DNA from: Fonticula-like sp. SCN 57-25
Taxonomy: Eukaryota
DNA length: 37,285 nt
Reading direction: 5' to 3'
Assembly (NCBI GenBank): GCA_001724245.1
Contig: MEDX01000035.1
Coordinates: 1-37,285 of the forward strand
Shown here: one piece after another, positions 1 through 9,186 of the stretch
Layout of the letters: the number at the start of each line of letters is the position of its first letter
Position numbering within the stretch: the stretch's first letter is position 1
Notes under the pieces: model-generated
Seen by the model: only the letters and a program-made list of their open reading frames with translations
What the model was told of the DNA's origin: nothing
The model's database searches: none
Translations under genes and position numbers: made by a program

Positions 1-35
1 TCTTCAAGGCAACGCGCTCACATATGTGGGTAAAG

Positions 36-225
36 TGGCGCCAAATCAGCCAAATATCCCTCATCCACGTGGGCGCTTGATTATGCTGTTGCCCCGTGGC
101 CAAAATTGGCGCGAAATGCAATCTGACGCGGGAACTGGAAATTGGCGCGAAACCTCACAAAAGTAGGTCGCAATTGCGCATCGCGGCCGCACCGCACTTT
201 TTCTTTTCGCTCGCGTGTTTCCCGC
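36..225. promoter_or_regulatory. Cluster of E2F-like sites upstream of TLK
   Basis: TGGCGCCAAA 36-45, TTGGCGCGAAA 106-116 and 142-152, CGCGGGAA 127-134 and TTTCCCGC 218-225 match or closely match the TTTSSCGC E2F consensus on one strand or the other. Confidence 0.55.
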
Positions 226-414
226 TTCCGACGTCCGCTTCCAGTCGCCTGCAAAGAGCCAACGCGGAGCGGTTTGCGCGGCGCATTCAGTCCTTGTTTG
301 CCGCATTGCAAGCACTGCGGCTGCTTTTTTTCACTTTCTTTTCCGTGATTTCGGGCGTCTTTCAAGGTGTGGCCGTGCCTCTGCAGTCGGCCGCCCGTCT
401 TCGACTAGGTTCGA

Positions 415-3086
415 ATGTTTGAAGACTCGAACCCGCTCGAGTCGATGGGCTCGCGCTCTGCGCTAGATCCCCTGCGTCTCGCCAAACTGGAGGCTCGCCT
501 GACGGGTCGCCTCCCATCCCTGCCCATCTCGGCCTCGGCTGCGGTGATCGACGCGGCCGGAGGCGCGCCTTCCGCCGACACCAACAATTCGCGGTCCAAC
601 TTTTCGGAAGAGCATCCCGAGGAGGATCGCATCATGTCTGATCCGGAGGACGGCGATGACGAGGCGACCGTGGATCCTCCACCTCCCTCCTTCGCCGCCC
701 TCCGCATCCCTTCCCCCGAAGCCCGCGCGGCCCAGGCAGTGCTCCAGCAGGCCGAATTGATTGCCGACGCCAAGACCGAGCCCAAGCCTGTCCCTTTGCC
801 AGACGCGCCCGCACCGGACGCTTTGCATGCGGTGGACGGAGATGATCCCATCGACGCGATGTCGGCCGACCTTCCGTCGCGGCCTCTCCCTCCGCAGGCG
901 TCGGCACCAGCAGGCCAAGTGAGCGGGCAGTCGTCTCCACAGACCGCCGCCACCGCGCGTAAGCGTGTACAGGCAGGAGCGCCGCCGTCGCCCTCGCGCC
1001 GCACACCCAAGCGGACGCGCGTTTCCGACTCTGAGGACTCGATGCCGGCCGGCGAGGAGCACCCTGCGCTTGCCCCCGCGCCGCTCGACGACAAGCGCAA
1101 CCGCAAGATTCTTCACTACTTTCAAAAGTCTTCACCGAACGGCGAGCAGTCGAGCGGCGTCACGGCGCCCTCCGCGCAGCAGGCGAGCCCGGTGCTTGGG
1201 ACCACGCCGAGCTCGGGGAGCCCCGCCAAGTCGGCACAGTCGCCGTCAAGAGTTCTGTCGCGTATCGCTCTCTTTGGCGCGCCCGCCAACATGTCTGACA
1301 TTGAGTGGCCACTTTCGAACGAGGACGCGGGCCACGCGGCGCCGCCGCCGCCCGTAGCAACCCCCGCCGCTGCACCTAGCACCGGCGCGACGTCGCCGAC
1401 GGCCCGATCGACAATGGAGAGCCAGCTGGTCGCACTGCGCACCGAGCGCGACCGCCTCGAAAAGGAGCTTGCTGCGCAGATGGCGCGCGTGGCGGACGTG
1501 CGCGCCGAGGCCGAGCGTCGCATCGAGCGCATTGAGGTGGACTTTGTGTCGCGCAGCCGCAAGTCAGTGCAGGCGGTCGCCGACCTGCTGCGCCGCGAGG
1601 CCGAGGCGGCCGCCAAGGAGGCCCGGCGGGTCACGTCAGCCAATTGCTTCCGCCTCGCGACGCTACGGTACGTCAGGCAAGGCAGCGAGTTTGCCGAGGT
1701 ATGGCAGGACGGCGCGGCTATTCAGGAGGCGGCCGAGCGGCTCCTCGCCATCCAGGGCGAAAAGGACGAGATCGAAAAGAACCGCAAGACGGTCGCGTCC
1801 AAGCGCAAGGCTGTCAGCAAAGAGCGTACGCCTCTTGCGCGTCCTTTCAATGAAGCTAATAGTTTTAATCTAGATGCGCGGGGCGGAGCGGCACCGACGG
1901 CGTCGCCTTCATCGGGAGATGTTGACGAGGACGGCTTTGTACGCCCCCGGCCGGTTTCGGGATGCGGCGGCGCGTCCAGCTCGAGCGAGGACGCGCTCAC
2001 AGAGGAGGACGAGGTCTTAAAGTGGCGGCTGGCGGCCCTCAAGAGGGAAGAAGCCGACCTGCTCACGGCTCAAGAGTCGCTAGAGCGCGAGCGCGACCTT
2101 CACATACGCGAGATGCGGCGGCAGCAGCAGGAGAACCAGAGCCGATTTAATGGCTTTCCTATCCTGTCGAGTCGCTATCTGCTCCTCTCACTACTCGGCC
2201 GCGGCGGCTTTAGCGAGGTGTTCAAGGCGTACGACCTTTTGGAGAATGACCAGGTTGCGTGCAAGATCCACCAGCTGAACCCGCAGTGGAGCGAAGACAA
2301 AAAGGCAAACTACACCAAGCACGCCGTACGCGAGTACAACATCCACAAGGCGCTGTCGCACCCGCGGATAGTCAAGCTGCGCGACGTGTTTGAGATTGAC
2401 GACAACTCGTTCTGCACTGTGCTCGAGCATTGCGACGGCGGCGATCTCGACCAGCAGCTGCGGCAGCACCGCATGCTGGGCGAGAAGGAGGCCAAGCACA
2501 TCCTCGTCCAGGTCATGCAGGGCCTGCGGCACCTCAACGAGGTGTCGCCGCCAATCATCCACTACGACCTCAAGCCGGGTAACATTCTCCTTCACCAAGG
2601 CAGAATCAAGATTACCGACTTTGGCCTCTCCAAGATTGTCGAGCAAACAGGTGCGTTTTAATTTGCACATCGGTATTTTCACTGACCCTTTGACCAGACG
2701 CCACGTCGGGCAGCGGCTCGTCCGAGGGCCTCGAGCTCACTTCCCAGGGCGCCGGCACGTACTGGTACCTCCCGCCCGAGTGCTTTGAGATGGCGAACGG
2801 AAAGGCGCCAAAAATCTCGTCAAAGGTGGACGTCTGGTCCGTCGGTGTCATCTTCTTTCAGATGCTGTACGGGCGCAAGCCGTTTGGCCACCAGCAGTCA
2901 CAGCAGCGGTACATTGCCGAGCGGCCGTTTGGCGGTTCCGCGACCGCAACCGTCGACTTTCCGCTCAAGCCGGCCGTGTCGCAGGAGGCGAAGGACTTTA
3001 TCTCCCGATGCCTGCAGTACAAGAAGGAGGACAGGCCCGACGTGCTAACACTGTGCGAAGACGCGTATCTCAAGCCGCGAAAGTAA
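415..3086 (+). CDS. TLK: Tousled-like Ser/Thr kinase (~858 aa)
   Basis: Exons 415-1825, 1874-2650, 2698-3086 (first intron is in-frame and inferred). Coiled coil followed by a kinase domain: [93 protein letters not shown], all characteristic of Tousled kinases. Confidence 0.95.
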
Positions 3087-3216
3087 GCGCGGCGCGTCTG
3101 CCTTTGGATTATTTATTAGAATTACCGTTCAGCGGCTACCACGAGTTTTAATTTATTGTAATTCTCCAATTTGTATCCCTATCCATATTAATCATACACA
3201 GTCACTTTCCCCAACC

Positions 3217-4069
3217 CTACCCAATCATGCTCCGCTTGCGTCCCCGCAGCCGCACTACACAGCATGTTAGCCAAGGAAAGACATGCCGGCATCGCGTACC
3301 AAGCTCCAGGCGCTTGATGACCGCGCGGCCGCGCGAAAATGCCTGCCCATACGTTGCCAGGATAGAGTCAAACTAGACCACGCAATTGTCAGGGATCGCG
3401 TGTGCGGCGTGTATACTGCGTACCAATTGCTGCGTATTGGGGTGCGTTGCAATGAGCGCGCGCTCCAGGACGTACAGGTCGACGGCGTAGTCCTCCTCGA
3501 GTGTTCCCTGGTGTCCGAGGCCAAAGTCGAGAATGACGACGGACGGCGCGGCGTCGGCCTCCTTTGGCCGCCTCAGCAGCAGGTTGCTGGTCGTCAGGTC
3601 ACCGTGCACAATGCCCAGGCCATGCATCGCAGCAACCGCCGCGCCAATTCCCTGCGTGAGCCACGGCATCGGCGTGATGCCAGCGGGCGATGCCGCCTCC
3701 CGCCGAAGAAGATCCTTCACCGACTCGCCGGGCACGGCCTCGAGAAGAAGCAGACGGCGCGGCAGATCAACCATTAAAACAGACGGGACGTCAATGCCTG
3801 CAACAAGGCAGCGGTGAAGGCAGCGCGCTTCGTGCGTGATCCGCGCGCGCGTCAGCTGCTCGTCCAGATCCGAGTGGCGGTACGTCTTGACGAGCCGCTC
3901 CTTGACGACAACCTCGCGGCCAAGCAAATCGCCTCGATAAACGCGCTAAAGGCCAAAACAAGACATTGAGACACGCAGCCAATGTGAAGAAAAATAAACA
4001 TACCGCCTCTGCGCCTTGCGAGATGAGCGTCATGCCCGCAACAAGCGGGTCCTCGCCGTCCACCATCAT
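3217..4069 (-). CDS. BUD32: KEOPS complex kinase Bud32/TP53RK (~232 aa)
   Basis: Exons 4069-4004, 3945-3424, 3372-3300, 3254-3217. Spliced product has QGAEARVY, KERLVKTYRH, IVHGDLTTSN, LDFGLG, AVDLYVLERA and the diagnostic C-terminus VRLRGRKRSMIG*. Confidence 0.95.
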
Positions 4070-4162
4070 CGACAGCAATGAACTGCAGTGAACGCCGGTG
4101 AACGCTGGGTGAACGCAGGCTCAAATCGTGTGTCAGCATTCGCTCGAGTGTGTGTCAGCACA

Positions 4163-5170
4163 ATGGCGAGCGTGCAGCGCGTCACGGTCTGCGTGGGGCG
4201 AGCAGGTGCGCTGCTGCCGCTGCACCAATGCATATTTCATGCGGCGGGGCTTGCCGACGACGTAGACGAAGCCAACTTTAAGTATGAGTTTGACGGATCC
4301 TCCCTGTTGCTCAAGCCCGATCGCCGTGGCGTCCCGCTGATGCACGCGCCCGACTGCCCGACGCGCGAGGCGCGCCTTCGCGGCCACCTGAAGGATGTAC
4401 AGCAAGGAAGCGCTGACGAGCGCGGAACGGACGTTGGCGTGGCGGTGGTGCGTATTTTTGAACTGACGTTATTCTCTAAGTTCTGCTGCTAGCTGGTCAC
4501 CTCCCGGGATGATCACGTACTCATCACACGCCGAGCAGCGCACATGCGGACATTTGCAAATGGGTGGGTCCCTCCAGGCGGGCACGTGGAACTCGGCGAA
4601 AAGCTGGAGCAAGCGGCCTTTCGCGAGCTGCACGAGGAGGTTGGTCTTGCCATCCCGCCGGACACGACATCATCTGTCCTCGGCCTGTGGGAATCTGTCG
4701 TACGCCGCCGAGGGTCACTCAGGGGTCACTGACAGCCACGGCCTAGTACCCGCGCACACTGGACGATGGACTGCCGACGCGGCACCACATTGTTGTCTAC
4801 ATTCACGTTCAATTGCAGTCCGAGCACACACGGTCCGTGCTTGCCATTCGCATGCGAAACCTGACCATGCCCCTAGCATTCCATTAAAGCTGTGCGAGCA
4901 CGAGGTGGGAGCGGCGGCCTGGCTCCACATTGACCAGGCGGCGGCGGTGACAGGCCTGCGCTCTTTCCGCGGCGGTACGCCCTGGGCCACAGATGCACTT
5001 CTCTAACGCTAATTGTAGTGCTTCGCGAGGCGCAAGCGACGCTCCCTGACGGTTCCAGCGAGCGCGTAAGTTTAGATGGAGACCGGGATTCCGCGCCGCT
5101 CTCGCAGCGGATGACATACGGGACGCATTTCGCATTACGTCAGTTGGTTCAGGGGAGGAATAAGTTGTAG
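4163..5170 (+). CDS. NUDT17: Nudix hydrolase, NUDT17-like (~275 aa)
   Basis: Exons 4163-4447, 4493-4699, 4747-4832, 4877-4974, 5019-5170. Nudix box in WVPPGGHVELGEKLEQAAFRELHEEVGL, then LGLWESVYP...LPTRHHIVVY and GTHFAL, matching remembered NUDT17 motifs. Confidence 0.85.
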
Positions 5171-5204
5171 AGGAATTACATAAAGCACTACAAAACGGTT
5201 GCAT

Positions 5205-6628
5205 TCATGTTGGTTTCTCTTTCGTCGACGTTGGTGGCGGTGCGGATCGCCTCTCCGGTTCCGGTGCGGGCACCTTTGTTACCGTGAACCACAACCGCTT
5301 TGCCATGTCGCGTGTGTCGGGCGAAAGAGACTTTGCAAGCCGCCACGCCACGCCGGCCGCGACGACGCCCGCCACGAGGGCCGCCATACCCAATGACGTC
5401 CAGCTCATCTACGACAGCGGTGAGCCATTGCAACGCCTCTTCCGGCCACGTACAGTAAAAAAACACAGCATTGACATGGACAGGAAGACTGCCAAACACG
5501 CGTGGGCCAACCGCGGCAACCGTTCGTCATCGGCCCACCACGGCGCTTGGCCCTGCACCGCGCGTCGGCTCGAGAGCACGCGCAGCCCGCTGACATCACC
5601 GCGGTCCTTTGCGTACAGCCGCCGTGCAAAGCAGCCAATCGGGCGAGCGCGCAGAGCAAAAACGGTCTCGCGCCGCAGAGGGAACATTGCGTGCGTGGGC
5701 AGCTCGTCGACCGACGCAAGGTTGATGCTTAGCCTCGTGCCCAAGTCAGCCTGGACAAAGACAAGTTAACAAGACAAGCTGAGGCACAGAGGATGCGTAC
5801 CTTGGACGCGCATAGTAGCGGAGCTAGCCCACAGGCCAAAGCAATGTCGGCTGCGCTCAGCGTCTCGCCTCCAATGTACCCGCTGCTGGAGGGCGGCGGG
5901 ATCGACTCGCGCTCGAGGTGGTCGAGGAAGGCGAGCGCGTCGTCAAGCTTCCGACGCAGACCGGCCACGTCCCACAGTCGATACCGGAACCACAGAAAGC
6001 ACGCAATGAATGGCCACAGTGTTTTATATATCGTCCTCGTCCGCGGGTCCTTGATCTCCCCGACCACGCACCGGTCGGCGGCCGTCCAGTTGTAAACGAA
6101 GGATGCCGTAGCTATTGTTTGCGCGATGGCGATCAACCGCGACTCAATTTCCTTCTCCAGCGTCGCAATGGCGGCGCTCGGATATATCTTGAACATGCCG
6201 GGCACCGGGAACGACTTGGCCATCAGGTAGAGCTGGGCGTCCATGGGGTGCCTCAGGATCTCTGTCTTGTCGGTCGTGTTGACAAGCAGCGGCACCGACA
6301 CGTCCTGCGCCGCAGGCATGTCACGCGAATAGGGCAACGTGTCCTTGAGCCACAGTCCCCACGGCGCATCTATTTCGTGAAACTGGCGGGCGTACTTTGT
6401 GAGCGCCCACCGCACACGCTCCGAATTGACATCATTTGCCGACGCGATCAGCGTAAGCTTACCGCGAATCGCCTTTGACGCCTCCTCGGCTGCGCTCTTC
6501 GCCGCCCGGCGAATGTGGGCCTGGTGCCTCTCCTGCATGACCGCCGCAGAGGGCGCCTCTCCCTGCGTCTCGTCCTCCTCCTCGTCGTCGCTCACCTCCA
6601 GCTTGCTCCAGCGATCATAGTCCGTCAT
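5205..6628 (-). CDS. GST-fold protein with an N-terminal DYxxW..SDDE motif and two C-terminal hydrophobic segments (~442 aa)
   Basis: Exons 6628-5801, 5750-5454, 5408-5205. SERVRWAL...SVPLLV (GST-N-like), YIGGETLSAADIALACGLAPL and LRARPIGCFARRLY (GST-C-like). Hydrophobic segments ACLAVFLSMSMLCFFT and LGMAALVAGVVAAGVAW. Confidence 0.7.
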
Positions 6629-6693
6629 CGTTTCGAGTTTGCCTCCAAGTTTGCAGGTGCCTCATCCTTAGTTTGCCGCCATCTCTATTTGTC

Positions 6694-7268
6694 ATGCTCG
6701 CCGTGGCACAGAGGTCCGTCGGTCTTCTCGGCCTGCGCGTCGCCGCGTCGCGCGGTGCCATGTGTACGTTTATTTTCGAGCTCTATAGAGTCCTGGGTCT
6801 CATCAGTGGTTTGCCCGATGCTTAGCCATGTCGACCGCCGCCGCCTGGAAGGCCGAGTCGGCCACCGACGCCACGTTTGAGAAGGAGGTCATCAAGGCGC
6901 CGGGCCTTGTCGTTGTCGACTTTTATGCCGAGTGCGTTCTTTCTTGCGCGTGCCAATGCCCTCGAATGGTGCGCTAACCGTGCGCAGCTGGTGCGGCCCG
7001 TGCAAGATGCTCGATCCTGTGCTCCAGACCAGCGCCAAGGAGCGCAACGTGCGCCTCGTCAAGGTCGACTGCGACGAGAACGTGGAGACCGCCTCACAGT
7101 ATGGGGTACGCAGTTAAACCTGTCTTTATTGCGCGGACAGCTCACTCTTTGTAGATTTCCGCGCTTCCGACCGTCGTCGCTTTCCGCGATGGCCAAAAGG
7201 TCGGCGAGTTCATGGGCCTCCGCCCCGCAATGTTCATCAACTCTTTCATTGATCAGCACAAGAAGTAG
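6694..7268 (+). CDS. Thioredoxin, probably mitochondrial (~135 aa)
   Basis: Exons 6694-6763, 6826-6931, 6988-7105, 7155-7268. VVDFYADWCGPCKML active site and ISALPTV. The N-terminus MLAVAQRSVGLLGLRVAASRGAM is Arg-containing and acid-free, like a presequence. Confidence 0.92.
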
Positions 7269-7379
7269 AGTCCCGAGTAACGTCAGGGTGGACATGGGTT
7301 TAATATAATGTTGGAAAGCAATTGATTACACTGGGTACACAAAACGAAAATGAATAGTACAGAGAGATGCGCCCAGCAT

Positions 7380-7876
7380 CTAGTTGTTGACGGAATACGT
7401 GTATCTAGAGGGATCAAGTTAATACAAAATTTCACAATATTCTAGGTAATGCGTACTTGCACTTGGCGCAGCGATAGAAAATGGTTTGGCCTTCGTCGGC
7501 AGATCTCATTTGTACGGCCTGGAAATTCATCTCGGGATTGCCGCAGCTGGGGCACTTTTCCTTGACCTACGACAATAATCAGCAAATCATACACACAAAG
7601 CGTTGTCATACAGTCGCGCCCTTGTTCTGCTGCTGCTCCTCGTCCTCTCCATCTATCAAGCGCTGCGCAAGGAACACATTCTTGCGACTGTGCGACACCA
7701 CCTTGGAGTCCTCGAACGCTGAGACCGTAAAGTCAGCCAAGAAAATACAAACACAACTAGGCGGTACCTTTAAAAGGGACGGCGTGCTTGCAGATACCGC
7801 AGGTAACCTGCTCTCCCTTGGACGGGAGGTCCAGCAGAGAGCCGCACATCTCGCAGAATGGTGGCCCGCCAGTCAT
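7380..7876 (-). CDS. RPA12: RNA polymerase I subunit A12.2 (~116 aa)
   Basis: Exons 7876-7768, 7718-7612, 7566-7457, 7404-7380. N-terminal zinc ribbon FCEMCGSLLDLP...CGIC and C-terminal TFIIS-type ribbon EKCPSCGNPEM...QMRSADEGQTIFYRCAKC...VNN*. Confidence 0.93.
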
Positions 7877-7899
7877 GGTTGATGACTCCACGCGGAACT

Positions 7900-7924
7900 T
7901 GCAAACTGGTGCCAGTTTGCATCG
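7900..7924. promoter_or_regulatory. Dyad element GCAAACTG-N4-CAGTTTGCATCG upstream of RPA12
   Basis: TGCAAACTGG-tg-CCAGTTTGCA is a perfect 10-bp inverted repeat about 24 bp upstream of the RPA12 ATG. The same element recurs at 11538 and 11570. Confidence 0.55.
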
Positions 7925-8233
7925 ATATGATAGAAGGCAGGGTGGCGAAGAGATGCACAAGGGCGCCGCGCTCTGCCGCGGAGGCGCATACGATGCACGT
8001 ATTACGGCAGGCCAACACCGACTCTAATGATAAAATTGATTCTTTGCCATCGTTGTCTATCCAATATGGGCGGCGCAGCATTTCACCCTCAATATTGTCG
8101 TAAATGATCCCGTGTGCGCGAAATTGTGGTATTCATTGTGAAGCAACGACATGTACAACGACAAATAGATACAAATAATGTCTAAAATAGAATAAATGCA
8201 GGCAATGCAGTACGATTTTGACCATACGGCTGG

Positions 8234-8782
8234 CTATGGGGCCCGCATGGAGGCGAGGAGGACGTTTTGCTCCGCCTCGGAAAAGAGAACCGCGCCCGAC
8301 TCCAAGGCGTCCACGAGAAGCGCAACCTTTCCGCGCTGCTCAAAGTCGTCCGTCTCGCGCAACTGGTTCAGTTCCGACCCAAACTCGCGCGTGACAAGTT
8401 CCATGTACGCGTCGCGGAATCCGGTGGTAGTGGCGACCGGCTCCGCCGTTCCCTCGGCGACGCCGTCCCCTTCCTTGAGGCTCTCCGCGTAGGTGTCCCA
8501 GTTGGCATTCACAGCTCCGCTAATTTTCTCAATGCTCCGCTGCAGAAAGGCGCCCAGTTGGTCGCCCGTTGCGTGCGCAGGCAAACTCAACGCGACCTCT
8601 GTCAAGTCGGCTCCGCCTGCGTCCCCCGTCAAAGATCTAAAGGTACCAAGGGCATCATTCAACGTGGCCGAAAGCTCGCGCTGACGGAGACCCGTTGTAT
8701 CCTCCGCCTTTTGAAGGTCGCGGGCGGCCCGCACAAGGGCGTCGGCCGTTGTCGCGATCAGCTCGGCATCCACCACTTCCAT
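8234..8782 (-). CDS. Rsa3-domain ribosome-assembly-like protein (~182 aa)
   Basis: C-terminal FRDAYMELVTREFGSELNQLRETDDF...ALLVDALESGAVLFS resembles the Rsa3 domain. Start taken as the first ATG (8782); an upstream exon using the CAG acceptor at 8794-8792 cannot be excluded. Confidence 0.7.
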   Translation of the reverse strand: MEVVDAELIATTADALVRAARDLQKAEDTTGLRQRELSATLNDALGTFRSLTGDAGGADLTEVALSLPAHATGDQLGAFLQRSIEKISGAVNANWDTYAESLKEGDGVAEGTAEPVATTTGFRDAYMELVTREFGSELNQLRETDDFEQRGKVALLVDALESGAVLFSEAEQNVLLASMRAP

Positions 8783-9186
8783 CGTGGCCACCTGCCAAAT
8801 TATCGCATGCGATTTTTGGACTTGAAAATCTCTTTTCTAATGCGGGGCAATCATGATTCGTGTGGGTTTCTGTCACTGTTCTGTCACGATTGAAGATATT
8901 GAAAATGAATGCAAATGCAACTTTTGTTTCGTCACACGCTGTTCTTTCTGCTTGCGTATTGCGGACCAGTGGGCAAAGGAAAGTGATATGGGATAGATCA
9001 GTGTCGATTGAGAATAAATAATCCATTGACGTACCAACTACAACCGAAAACGACAGCCGAGTTAAAAAGCCACAAGCCACAGCACGTTAACAGACTAAAA
9101 CATAGTACATTAGATTGTACAACAAAGCAATACTAACATTGATAACCGCCTATATCTACTGTATGGATATTGTCGTCCACGTGCGA

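Noticed and set aside
2651..2697. Apparent premature stops or frameshifts in TLK and other split ORFs (pseudogenes or recoding)
   Set aside because: Each break is explained by a short intron with donor, branch-like word and acceptor that restores the frame and conserved motifs.
7358..7371. ACAGAGA resembling the U6 snRNA box
   Set aside because: Flanking U6 sequence is absent, and it lies in a short AT-rich gap between convergent genes.
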